Shown one piece after another: positions 17,708 through 26,666 of a stretch of 64,000 nucleotides of DNA. Position 1 is the first letter of the stretch; every line of letters begins with the position of its first letter. Source of the DNA: Minisyncoccota bacterium (GTDB lineage Bacteria; Patescibacteriota; Minisyncoccia; Phycocordibacterales; UBA2100); NCBI GenBank assembly GCA_022842645.1, contig JALHPE010000001.1:264178-328177 (forward strand), read 5' to 3'. The notes below the pieces were generated by a model, which saw only the letters and a program-made list of their open reading frames with translations, did not search any database and had not been told where the DNA came from. Both the position numbers and the translations under genes were made by a program.

Positions 17708-19000
17708 TTAATATGCTTTGTAATCAGACCAACCCCCATCGGTACAGGTGAGCGTTACCGCACGCGCTTCAGTCGTCACTGAACACGAGAGCCACTGGCA
17801 TAATTGCGTACCTGGCGGAACGGTCACTGTTTTCGTAGAACCTTTTCCACTGCACGGCGTGCCAATAACGTTTGCATACCCCTGCAAGGCACCTTGGGGG
17901 GTAGACGTCGCAACTGTGTATTTCTGACAATCGGCACCAATCGATGAGCATTTGAGCCATTCCCCGTTCTCACATTTCACGATGGGCGATGATGTTGCGG
18001 GGAAATACGCGCCCTCTGTAAAAAACGGTTGCCAAAAGGAGGCTTGGCCATGCGCGATCACTTGCGCCCCCCAGGGAGTCACACAACTTTTCTGTACGGC
18101 GGTTGTGGCAATTGGAGGAACGAACGAAAAGGCGGGCGAGCTTGAACCACTCGCCTGACTGCGAACAGAAATCGCGTGGGTTGCAGAGGAGATCGCACCC
18201 AGCGTATCTTTCACATCCACGCGCAAGGTGTAATTCCCTGCTTTTGCATAGGCATGCGAGAGAAGTGAGGATTGCGTAAAAGAAGTTCCGATGCCAGCGA
18301 GTGAGCGAAGTATTTCTTCGACACTTTCATCGCCCCAGGTAACAGCGTACGAAAGAGCACTCCCTTCGGGATCTTGTGCGACGATGCGCCACGACGCGCT
18401 CTCGCCAACAAGAAGCGTGCTCGGTCCTTCAATGGCGTCGATCACCGGAGGCTTGTTGCCGGTATTTGAAAGTACGCAGCGCCATCCGGTGTGACATGCG
18501 CCGCTCTGCAGTTTTTGCCATACACCTGCGCAAGGAATGACTGGGGCTCCCGGAGCGACCGGGCACGTGGCCGCTCCTGGAGTCACGGTTTGCGCACCTC
18601 CGCAGCGTGCGGCGATCGCCGCGCGCGTCTTCACGCCCATCACGCCAAATCCTGTGCTCGCGGCATTTCCTGAAGAAACAACTCCCTCTGCTGCTTGAAA
18701 CGCACGCAGCGCTGCTTCAGTGAGAGAGCCAAAGTAGCCCGTCGCCTCACTCTGCAGAAGTCCGCGCGAGCGCAAGAATTCCTGGAGTGAGCGCACATCC
18801 TCGCCGCGTGCCCCAAGAGCGAGCGTGCGCGAGAGTGCGGGACACGCCGAAAGGCCTGAAACAGGTGGCGGCGCAGACTGCGGCGGCGCCGCCTGAATCT
18901 GCGCCATAAGCGCAGCAATCCGCGCCTGCAATTCTTCAATTGTTTGGGCGGAAAGCGAGAGTGGGAGTAGTACAAGGAGGATCAATGCGACACGAGCCAT
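17708..19000 (-). CDS. secreted protein: signal peptide, coiled coil, PG-binding-like domain, PKD-like domain
   Basis: Signal peptide MARVALILLVLLPLSLSAQT. PGBD-like segment LSRTLALGARGEDVRSLQEFLRSRGLL...GYFGSLTEAALRAF. PKD-like WGDE...SHAYAKAGNYTLRVDV. Confidence 0.7.
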   Translation of the reverse strand: MARVALILLVLLPLSLSAQTIEELQARIAALMAQIQAAPPQSAPPPVSGLSACPALSRTLALGARGEDVRSLQEFLRSRGLLQSEATGYFGSLTEAALRAFQAAEGVVSSGNAASTGFGVMGVKTRAAIAARCGGAQTVTPGAATCPVAPGAPVIPCAGVWQKLQSGACHTGWRCVLSNTGNKPPVIDAIEGPSTLLVGESASWRIVAQDPEGSALSYAVTWGDESVEEILRSLAGIGTSFTQSSLLSHAYAKAGNYTLRVDVKDTLGAISSATHAISVRSQASGSSSPAFSFVPPIATTAVQKSCVTPWGAQVIAHGQASFWQPFFTEGAYFPATSSPIVKCENGEWLKCSSIGADCQKYTVATSTPQGALQGYANVIGTPCSGKGSTKTVTVPPGTQLCQWLSCSVTTEARAVTLTCTDGGWSDYKAY

Positions 19001-19027
19001 GCACCCATTATGAGTGCCCCCTGCGAT

Positions 19028-19726
19028 TCATTTAGTCGCAAGTGTGGATAGCAACGTTTCCGCACGCGCAAGGTCTTCCGGTGCTTTTATCTCAATCCAC
19101 ATTGTTGCGCGAACGATATGAATTGGAATTGCATGTGCAAGTTTTAGCATCGTTTGCGGTAAGCCCAATTCACTTGAACCGACGGCCTTAGGAACAGGGA
19201 CGACGTCAAATATGCGCATGTCGAGTACATAGAGCCCCGTGTTTGCGAACCCTTTTTCACCCCCATGATCATCATTTTCAGCAATATCAGTAATGCGATC
19301 TTTTTGATCTACTACCACACGCCCGGTTCTAATACGGTCTTTCTCTTGCACCAAAACGGCCCAATTAGTAGTGTGTGTACACGTTGATATATCTGCTGAG
19401 GCGTAAATATTGTCCCCATTCATCACAAGAAAACGATCACGAAGGTGCGGTCGTGCAAGCCATAACGCTTGTGCAGTGCCTCCCGTTGGATTTTCTTGCA
19501 CAACATAAATAAGCTTCTTGCCGTTGTACGAATCTCCAAAGCGCTCAATGATTCTCTCTTTCAAGTAGCCAACAACAAGCACAATCTCGTGCACCTCCTC
19601 TGGAAGCGCATCAAATTTGTGCTCAAGAAGCGTCTTTCCGAATACAGAGAGCATCGGCTTCGGGAGCATGTGGGTCAGAAGTCCCATGCGAGTCCCCCTC
19701 CCCGCGGCTAAAATCACTGCTTGCAT
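19028..19726 (-). CDS. sugar-phosphate nucleotidyltransferase (NTP_transferase family)
   Basis: MQAVILAAGRGTRMG...LPKPMLSV G-rich motif. Start placed at Met34 because NTP-transferases begin at this motif. Confidence 0.8.
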   Translation of the reverse strand: MQAVILAAGRGTRMGLLTHMLPKPMLSVFGKTLLEHKFDALPEEVHEIVLVVGYLKERIIERFGDSYNGKKLIYVVQENPTGGTAQALWLARPHLRDRFLVMNGDNIYASADISTCTHTTNWAVLVQEKDRIRTGRVVVDQKDRITDIAENDDHGGEKGFANTGLYVLDMRIFDVVPVPKAVGSSELGLPQTMLKLAHAIPIHIVRATMWIEIKAPEDLARAETLLSTLATK

Positions 19727-19731
19727 AGATA

Positions 19732-19759
19732 GCTTGTAGAGTACAGCTTGTAGCTTGTA
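19732..19759 (-). repeat. TACAAGC heptamer repeats (2 tandem plus 1 after a degenerate unit) immediately upstream of the nucleotidyltransferase start
   Basis: mRNA-sense CACTACAAGCTACAAGCTGTACTCTACAAGCTATCT-ATG. Same heptamer family as in the pilin leaders. Confidence 0.6.
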
Positions 19760-19845
19760 GTGGGAAGCCCTGGTTGAATCTAAATTCGTGTACATAAAAA
19801 AGACCCGCCAGAGGTCCGAGAACATGGCGGGTCAGACGTGAAGTC

Positions 19846-20436
19846 TTAGATTTCTATCGCGGCCGTAAGACGGTGATGCGAATTAATGGGTTCAGTGTGG
19901 CAGTACCACCCACGATCCGGATCACGATGTTCATAGCCTAAACACAGTCCAAACTCCGATTTTGCACACCGCGTCCCCTCAAAACGAATTCTTAAGTAAC
20001 TAGTACCCCCACTATCCAGCTTCTTCCACGCCAAAGGAAGAGCCTGCTGATTTGCGAGGAGGACCGAAAGTGCATGCGCGCCAAGTGGAAGATATTTGCC
20101 ATCCCAATTGGCGATTTGGGCTTTATCCTTATCGAGGTGCAGAATCTTCACCTTGCTCAGATCCAGTTCAGTCAGGGAACGAGTACGGCAATCGTGCTCA
20201 ATATGCTCGACATCCATTGGATGTAATGTTTCCAAGCTAAAATCCTGCGGGACTGAAAGGATGCGCGTCCCCGGCTTGAACAGCACCTCTCGCATGAGCA
20301 TGCTGAGCTGTTGTGTGTTACGAGACCAGTATTCAATACTCTCTGACGGAAGATCTCGTGGGATGGCCGTAAGAAGACGGCCGCCGAAAGTAGCAAACTG
20401 ATCAACGGTCAGGGGTGTTCCACGTTTACGAAACAT
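19846..20436 (-). CDS. hypothetical protein
   Basis: ORF only. Start uncertain (track ORF begins at 20520). Confidence 0.4.
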   Translation of the reverse strand: MFRKRGTPLTVDQFATFGGRLLTAIPRDLPSESIEYWSRNTQQLSMLMREVLFKPGTRILSVPQDFSLETLHPMDVEHIEHDCRTRSLTELDLSKVKILHLDKDKAQIANWDGKYLPLGAHALSVLLANQQALPLAWKKLDSGGTSYLRIRFEGTRCAKSEFGLCLGYEHRDPDRGWYCHTEPINSHHRLTAAIEI

Positions 20437-20613
20437 GGGGTGTTCCTTTCTCAAAGATCGCTTCTCGGCACTATGCCGAAGAAGAAGCCCCATAGTGCAG
20501 TTGCCACAACGTTTCTGCAAGCTCGGGAATATCTAGCAGGCGTGAGCCAAGCTGTGGCCAATTTGGCGCCAAATGAGCCAGTCCTTGGCTCATGCCTGCT
20601 GGCGTGAGCCAAG

Positions 20614-20853
20614 CTAAAGAGGCTGATAGCGAGCTGCCGCGCGAATGCCAACCCGCTTCAAGCGGTCAGCTTTCACGAGTTCAGAAAGGTAGCGTGTTGC
20701 TGTTGCATCGGTCACGTGGACAAGGAGTTCGACGTCGTTGTTCCTGATAGAGCCCTTCTGCGCGGCAAGAGCAATGATTTTCTCCAATCGCTCACGTTTC
20801 TTCGCGCGAGCTTTCTCAACAGATGGCTGAAGGCGGGTGACAGGAGACGACAT
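20614..20853 (-). CDS. hypothetical small protein (79 aa) with winged-helix-like C-terminus
   Basis: ATRYLSELVKADRLKRVG resembles a wHTH recognition segment. Weak call. Confidence 0.35.
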   Translation of the reverse strand: MSSPVTRLQPSVEKARAKKRERLEKIIALAAQKGSIRNNDVELLVHVTDATATRYLSELVKADRLKRVGIRAAARYQPL

Positions 20854-20948
20854 GTATCTATTGTATACGAAAGCCCCGCTCGCATCTGTGCGAGCGGGGC
20901 AAAGTTCTAAGGATCTAAGGACAAGTGCAAAGACTCAAGCGCCAAGTA

Positions 20949-21503
20949 CTAACTTGCGAGCGCATATACAAAGCCCCCGTCCCGGTCGTTGCCAAGCCAG
21001 CCGTAGCCCCAGCGCCACATCTCGCCGTCCCAGCTGAGGGACAGCGAACACCGGCCATCGAGCGGACTCCGCAGCTCATCCCCGTCGAAGAGGATGATTT
21101 TGCCACGAAGTTCCACGGGGAGGTTGTCGCGGTCGTTCCAACACTTCCAGAACGCCTCGACGCCTGCAAGAGGTTCTCCTGCAAGACGTTTTTTAGCCTC
21201 GTCGCCAGAGATGTATGACTCGCCCTTCTTGAGGGGGGTTGGCACAACCCTTAGCTTCCGCGGATCGAAGCTCTTGGACAGAGCTTTACGGTCACCAATG
21301 ATCTTCCACCCCTTGCCGATGAAGGTGGCGGGGTCGAAGAGGCCGGGCGTTTTTGGGTCAAGCAACGTTCTCCATTCACGATTAAACCGATTGAGCGCTG
21401 TGAGATACTGTGCTCCATCCTCGCTTGCGAGATTGTCATAGACGGTCGCTACCGGTCCCCGCACTGCGGAAAGCGATAGCTTCCCAAGCATGCCTTTCGA
21501 CAT
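20949..21503 (-). CDS. hypothetical protein (184 aa)
   Basis: ORF only, Trp-rich C-terminus. Confidence 0.45.
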   Translation of the reverse strand: MSKGMLGKLSLSAVRGPVATVYDNLASEDGAQYLTALNRFNREWRTLLDPKTPGLFDPATFIGKGWKIIGDRKALSKSFDPRKLRVVPTPLKKGESYISGDEAKKRLAGEPLAGVEAFWKCWNDRDNLPVELRGKIILFDGDELRSPLDGRCSLSLSWDGEMWRWGYGWLGNDRDGGFVYALAS

Positions 21504-21575
21504 GGTTGTTCTCCTTCTTTAGTTTTAGGCACTATTGCCTAAGGCGAGCCTAGCGCACCGTAACAGAGTACGCAA

Positions 21576-22097
21576 CTAAAACGTAATTCCACTCGGAAGC
21601 GCAAATTTACTCGCATCAACTGACCATGGGCGGCACGAGAAATCGTAGTCTTGGTTTATTTGCGCCGCGACTTCTGCACTCACCTCCGCTTCGCCCTCCG
21701 ACTGTGCGATCGGGAATTTGAAACCCTGATTCATCATGCTTGTCCATGAGTAGGCCAAACCGTCACGCACTATCATATAGCTTTGGATGTTCCCCACTTG
21801 TGGAATGTTTGATGAAAAATCCGAGCGCACCATCCCGTTTGCGACATACGTCGTACCGCTTGAGGTAATGCCACCAGCGGTACTCGTCACATCACATGTC
21901 CACGAGCCGCCGCGCGCCATAAGCTCCTGCATAGAGCCACTAAAATTCTGTGACTCGTTTGTGGGAGTGTTTGTTTGTGTGTTTTGAGAAGGTGAGTCTT
22001 GAGAGGCCTCAGGCACAGCTCCACCCTGCATCTGCGTGGCATACCACGCTCCTCCCCCGAGAACCGCGAGCCCAATAACTGCGTACAGAATTTTCAT
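21576..22097 (-). CDS. hypothetical secreted protein (173 aa)
   Basis: N-terminal signal peptide MKILYAVIGLAVLGGGAWYA, Ser/Thr/Gln-rich linker. Confidence 0.5.
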   Translation of the reverse strand: MKILYAVIGLAVLGGGAWYATQMQGGAVPEASQDSPSQNTQTNTPTNESQNFSGSMQELMARGGSWTCDVTSTAGGITSSGTTYVANGMVRSDFSSNIPQVGNIQSYMIVRDGLAYSWTSMMNQGFKFPIAQSEGEAEVSAEVAAQINQDYDFSCRPWSVDASKFALPSGITF

Positions 22098-22130
22098 AGC
22101 ATGAGAATAGAAAGCGAATATGTTCGCATC

Positions 22131-23270
22131 CTACTCTAACGCTGTGATACCAGGCAAGCTGCCCTCTAAAAGATACTCAAGCATCGCCCCCCCACCGGTC
22201 GAGAGAAAACCGAGCTTTTCCTCGGGAATGCCGCTCTCCTTGAGAGCCGCGATGGTGTCTCCTCCACCAATCACGACACTCGCCCCTGCTTCAACGCGGC
22301 GCGCAAGAATTTCCCCAATTGCATGTGTGTAGGAAGTGAACCCATCTTCGTAGAGACCTGTGGGGCCATTCCAAAGAATGAATGCCGCCTTTTCAAGATG
22401 CGGTGTGATTAATTGAATGGAATCAGGGCCGATGTCGACGATCTTATCGTCCGCCTCCACCGCCTCAGGCTTTTTAGTAAACGCGTGGCCATCACTACGC
22501 TGTGCCGTCACATCAACCGGCGCAAGAAAGTGTGGGTGGTGCAGAATGTACGGCGTCGGCATTTCGTCGGAAATACGCGAACGCCCTACGGGGTGACCTT
22601 GAGCGCGAAACACGTCGTTCGCAAGTGCACCGGTGACAAACAAATGATCGTAGGAGCCGAGGAGTGTCTTTATAAGCGGCGCTTTTGTTTCAAATTTTGC
22701 GCCGCCGAGAATGGCAAATGAGGGACGCGCGGGGACGCGCGCACGCTGCAATTGCATAATCTCATCGCGCAAGAGGAGCCCCGCGTAATGAGGGAGTAGT
22801 TTCGGAAGCGCTGTAATCGAGGCGTGCGCACGATGCGCCGCAGAAAACGCATCTCCGACATACATTTCTCCGAGCGCAGCAAGTTCGCGTGCGAATGCTT
22901 CATCATTTTCTGTTTCGCGCGGGTCAGCGCGGAGGTTTTCGAGAAGGAGCACGTCCCCATTGCGCATGGCGCGTACGGCGTCATGTGCGTGTGCACCAAG
23001 TAAGTCAGGCACATAATGATGCGACACCTCGCGCACCAGTGCGCGCGAGACGGGCGCGTTCGTCTCCTTCGGATCACGCCCAATGTGCGAGAGCACAATC
23101 ACACGTGCGCCACGCTCAGAAAGAAAACGGAGCGTCTCCGCCGATCTCTTCACGCGAAAAAAGTCAGAGACTTCGCCCTTCTCATCGAGTGGAAGATCAA
23201 ACCCTGCACGCACAAGTATGCGCTTGCCGCGAACTTCCTCTCTAGGAATCTCATCAATAGAGCGAAACAT
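22131..23270 (-). CDS. pgk: phosphoglycerate kinase
   Basis: Full-length PGK similarity (RVDFN-like RAGFDLPL, hinge and C-terminal GGGA...AL motifs). Start placed at Met6 to avoid overlap with tpiA. Confidence 0.9.
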   Translation of the reverse strand: MFRSIDEIPREEVRGKRILVRAGFDLPLDEKGEVSDFFRVKRSAETLRFLSERGARVIVLSHIGRDPKETNAPVSRALVREVSHHYVPDLLGAHAHDAVRAMRNGDVLLLENLRADPRETENDEAFARELAALGEMYVGDAFSAAHRAHASITALPKLLPHYAGLLLRDEIMQLQRARVPARPSFAILGGAKFETKAPLIKTLLGSYDHLFVTGALANDVFRAQGHPVGRSRISDEMPTPYILHHPHFLAPVDVTAQRSDGHAFTKKPEAVEADDKIVDIGPDSIQLITPHLEKAAFILWNGPTGLYEDGFTSYTHAIGEILARRVEAGASVVIGGGDTIAALKESGIPEEKLGFLSTGGGAMLEYLLEGSLPGITALE

Positions 23271-23277
23271 AGCTCCA

Positions 23278-24030
23278 TTATGCATCCTTCATGACTCGAA
23301 GGAGCTCGGCAAGCCGCTTGGCGTCCACACTTGCGCGGCCCACAAGAAATCCTTTCACACCGCCATGCTCAAGCATCGTGCCCACATTAGTTCCATCAAC
23401 CGCACCTCCGTAGAGAATCATGAGCTTGTGTCCCACCTCACCATATTTCTCTACAAGCGCTTTACGAATATAAATACTCATTTCGTGCATGTCGTGCGGA
23501 CGCATGGGCTCTGCCGCACCAATTGCCCACACGGGCTCATAGGCAATAATAACTTTTGCAATTTTCTGCTGCGGCACATCACGAAGTGCGGTGAGAAGTT
23601 GCTCACGCACAAACGTAAAATGCGACCCTTCGTCATCGCGGACATGCTCACCAATGCAAATGATGGGCGTCATCTCAAGCGCAAGGAGTGCCGCAACTTT
23701 CTTTCGCACATCATCATCCGTTTCTCCCATAGCGCGACGCTCCGCGTGCCCCACAAGCGCATAGTTGGCTTTCGCATCTTTCGCCTGCAGTGCTGAAACC
23801 TCGCCCGTAAAAGAGCCGCTCTGTTCAAAATGAACATTCTGCGCGGCAAGCCCAATCTTTCCACGTCGAAGCCCTCCTATGTCGCGCAAAAAAATAGGGG
23901 GAGCTGCAACAATCACCGACACCTTGAGGAGTCCACTCATCCGTTTCGTCTCTTCAAAAAGCTTCTTGGCTTCCTTCCAGGAAATAGGATTCATCTTCCA
24001 ATTCGCAACAACAAGCGCCTTCATGGGCAA
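23278..24030 (-). CDS. tpiA: triosephosphate isomerase
   Basis: Full-length TIM similarity (ANWKMN, AYEPVWAIG, GGAV). TACAAT hexamer 9 nt upstream of the ATG. Confidence 0.9.
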   Translation of the reverse strand: MPMKALVVANWKMNPISWKEAKKLFEETKRMSGLLKVSVIVAAPPIFLRDIGGLRRGKIGLAAQNVHFEQSGSFTGEVSALQAKDAKANYALVGHAERRAMGETDDDVRKKVAALLALEMTPIICIGEHVRDDEGSHFTFVREQLLTALRDVPQQKIAKVIIAYEPVWAIGAAEPMRPHDMHEMSIYIRKALVEKYGEVGHKLMILYGGAVDGTNVGTMLEHGGVKGFLVGRASVDAKRLAELLRVMKDA

Positions 24031-24089
24031 GATTGTAGCATGGTGGTGTGCATGATACCGTGTGTCATATGTAGATCAGGAGAGGTGAC

Positions 24090-24323
24090 ATGACTACGAT
24101 AGTAGATGCAACCGCAGCAAAAGACGATCTTTGGAAAGCACATCGAGAAAAACCGTGGGGAGCGTACGTTGTTGCAATGGGGGTCCGCCATGAAAACGGG
24201 GCTTGGTACATTCTTCTTATGCACGGAAAGAATCTCCCTGCCGACATAACTATTCCCACTGAGCACAAGGGGGTGCAAATTAAAAAAACACGCCTCACTT
24301 CCCTTTGTCGCACTTTAGTGTGA
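24090..24323 (+). CDS. hypothetical small protein (77 aa)
   Basis: GGAGAGGTGA SD before the ATG. Strong terminator 5 nt after the stop. Confidence 0.5.
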   Translation: MTTIVDATAAKDDLWKAHREKPWGAYVVAMGVRHENGAWYILLMHGKNLPADITIPTEHKGVQIKKTRLTSLCRTLV

Positions 24324-24327
24324 AAGC

Positions 24328-24361
24328 ATTGGCGCGATTCATTCGCGCCAATTTCTTTTAT
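24328..24361 (+). terminator. rho-independent terminator
   Basis: ATTGGCGCG-ATTCATT-CGCGCCAAT perfect 9-bp stem followed by TTCTTTTAT. Confidence 0.7.
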
Positions 24362-24498
24362 GGCTCTCAGCGAGACGGCACTCACAAAATGCTTTCCTCG
24401 GGTCGCTGTCTGGGCGTGCTCGCCCAGCGCTCAGTCTCGCGCCCGTCGGCGCTGCGAAGACCCTCGGAAAGCATTCTTGCGAGTGTCACGAGCACTCT

Positions 24499-26001
24499 CT
24501 ACTGTTCACGCCACAACACCAACTTATAATCCGGCGAAGCCGCAGGTGTAAACGGTGGTGGGTCGAACGCAAGCAAGCGATCATAGGTGTCGACGCGCGT
24601 GTTGTAGCCCGAACAGAATGAGCCGCTACAATTCCACTTCGTGCCCACGCGATTGTTTGAAACTACACTTCCGATCGTCGTAAGCGACGACTGTGTCACA
24701 AAGGAGTTATACGCAGACGGGACGCCGTTACTTCCTCCTTGTTGATATAAATTGCGCCCCAGGTAGCCATTCTGTGCAACGAAGACGCCGCGTATGGTCA
24801 TTACATCGGGCGAATTGAGTGGTATCAAAACCGAACGCTCAGCGACAGCCGTGAGCCCCGAAGCGCCCGAAGCAGAAGCGTAGGTAATGTTGTTCGAGAG
24901 AATAATGTCTGGTGAAAAACTTCCGGTGTCTGCCGCAACAATCGTCACTTTTCCGCCCACAACTCCCTCAATCCACACTTTCGCGCGTGCAAAAATTACT
25001 GGGCAATCTGACGGAATCGTGTAGCGTCCGTGATACGTCTGGTTGGAAATAATGTGGTAGTCCGTCACCCACGTACCGATGTTGTCGATACGTTGCGCAA
25101 AGACTCCCGTCGTTCCGGTGACGCGATAAATATCGACGGTGTTGTCGCCGCGAAGCACGATGCGGAATCCGCGCTGGTCGCTGCCGCCGACTGAAGAGAA
25201 CGTGCTTCCCTGTTGAACGCCGTCAACCCGCACCGTTGTTGTGTTGAGCATGATGCCGTCATTCGTCGCATACGTTTGAAGCGCAGGAAAATCGCTCGAG
25301 ATGCCGGCAAAATTAAATGACGCCGCGGGAAACTGCCAGAGCGCAGAGCCACTTCCCGCACCAAAAACGCCCGGGCGATTCTGCGTCGGAGAACATCCAA
25401 ACGATGATGTGCAACTCCATGTGGCAACCGAACTCGAGACAATAGAGTTATTCGTGCCATCCATGCGAATGCCGCCGTTCGAGTGATACGCACCCGTAAT
25501 ATTTCTGTCGGCCCCCGCCCACACGTTCGCATTAATGATATTGGAATATTCAGCGACCGAGGGGCGCATGTAACGTGCCTCCAGTGTACGACGAAAGACG
25601 GTATTCAAATCTGAAACACCTTCAGATACAAGATCCGCTGATTGCACAACACCACATGCAGTATTTAACGTCGCGCTCACTTGAGCGTCTCCCAGTGTTC
25701 CACCCTCGGGATCAACTACTTCATATGACGCGGGGGAAACGAGCCCCGTGCCGTCCACCATAATTTGAGGGTTGTGCGCGAGGAACCATCGATAAAATTC
25801 GAGTCCGCTTTCGGCGACATTCACCGCCTGCTCACGCGCATACAAAGCTCGCCCATAGCGCCCTTGCGTGAGCGTGTAACTTAAAATGGTGCCGAGGAGA
25901 AAGAGGAAGATACCCATGAAGGTGAGAACCAGGATCACGGTCACGCCCCGTTCTGCATGAGAGTTTGTAGTTTGTAGTTTGTAGTTTGTAGTTACATGCA
26001 T
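24499..26001 (-). CDS. large type IV pilin-like / pseudopilin protein (500 aa) with repeat-containing leader peptide
   Basis: Leader MHVTTNYKLQTTNSHAERG, then hydrophobic VTVILVLTFMGIFLFLLG typical of a prepilin N-terminal helix. Leader encoded by CTACAAA x4. Confidence 0.65.
   Translation of the reverse strand: MHVTTNYKLQTTNSHAERGVTVILVLTFMGIFLFLLGTILSYTLTQGRYGRALYAREQAVNVAESGLEFYRWFLAHNPQIMVDGTGLVSPASYEVVDPEGGTLGDAQVSATLNTACGVVQSADLVSEGVSDLNTVFRRTLEARYMRPSVAEYSNIINANVWAGADRNITGAYHSNGGIRMDGTNNSIVSSSVATWSCTSSFGCSPTQNRPGVFGAGSGSALWQFPAASFNFAGISSDFPALQTYATNDGIMLNTTTVRVDGVQQGSTFSSVGGSDQRGFRIVLRGDNTVDIYRVTGTTGVFAQRIDNIGTWVTDYHIISNQTYHGRYTIPSDCPVIFARAKVWIEGVVGGKVTIVAADTGSFSPDIILSNNITYASASGASGLTAVAERSVLIPLNSPDVMTIRGVFVAQNGYLGRNLYQQGGSNGVPSAYNSFVTQSSLTTIGSVVSNNRVGTKWNCSGSFCSGYNTRVDTYDRLLAFDPPPFTPAASPDYKLVLWREQ
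25964..25991 (-). repeat. heptanucleotide tandem repeat CTACAAA x4 (coding sense) inside pilin leader-peptide codons 4-13
   Basis: Plus strand TTTGTAG x4 at 25964-25991. 28 nt is not a multiple of 3, so a one-unit change shifts the frame. Confidence 0.85.
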
Positions 26002-26019
26002 AGGATTAAGAGTTACAAA

Positions 26020-26640
26020 CTACCTGAGGTTCCTAAGAGCAGCTGTGGATCTCAGAGTAAATTGATTCGGCATACGATTCGGATTGATGTTGACTATCAC
26101 CGTTGTTTCGACGAAACGCAGTTCAGTAATATCAGAAAGGTCGGTCATGAGGTTGCCATTCAAATCATAATACTTAAAGACATCTGTCGCTTGCTCGACG
26201 TTGCGTACATATTCTGAAAGCTGCGAGATCGTTTCTGGATTGGTATAAACCGGCGGATCGCCCGATGGATCGATGAGTCCGCGATAAAGTGCCCCACCTT
26301 GGATAAAAAATCGCAGTCGCTCGATGAAAGGATCGTCATCGATATCGGCGTAGAACGACATGGAACTCGTGGCAAGCGAAATGATGGGGTATGCGCCGTC
26401 AGAGGCATATGAGGCTTCACGAATTGTTTTCACCATGCCTTCAATACCACGCTGTGCTGATGTAATCGCTGCTGCCTGCTCAACCGTGTACGAGTTTGTG
26501 CGATAAAAATATTGCACCGACGTGGTGATCGCGAGCATGGCCGAGAGTGTGATCGCCACCCACACACTCGCCTCAATTAATGTCATGCCGCGGTTGGCAC
26601 AGTGTGTAGTGTGTAGTGTGTAGTGTGTAGTTTTATGCAT
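26020..26640 (-). CDS. type IV pilin-like protein with repeat-containing leader peptide
   Basis: Leader MHKTTHYTLHTTHCANRG followed by MTLIEASVWVAITLSAML (prepilin cleavage/methylation-type N-terminus). Alternative GTG start at 26667. Confidence 0.7.
   Translation of the reverse strand: MHKTTHYTLHTTHCANRGMTLIEASVWVAITLSAMLAITTSVQYFYRTNSYTVEQAAAITSAQRGIEGMVKTIREASYASDGAYPIISLATSSMSFYADIDDDPFIERLRFFIQGGALYRGLIDPSGDPPVYTNPETISQLSEYVRNVEQATDVFKYYDLNGNLMTDLSDITELRFVETTVIVNINPNRMPNQFTLRSTAALRNLR
26603..26630 (-). repeat. heptanucleotide tandem repeat CTACACA x4 (coding sense) inside pilin leader-peptide codons
   Basis: Plus strand TGTGTAG x4 at 26603-26630. Paralogous to the 25964-25991 repeat; both genes start ATGCAT..AA then heptamers. 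Confidence 0.85.
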
Positions 26641-26666
26641 AAAAGATTTTGAGCGCGCGAGTTTCA

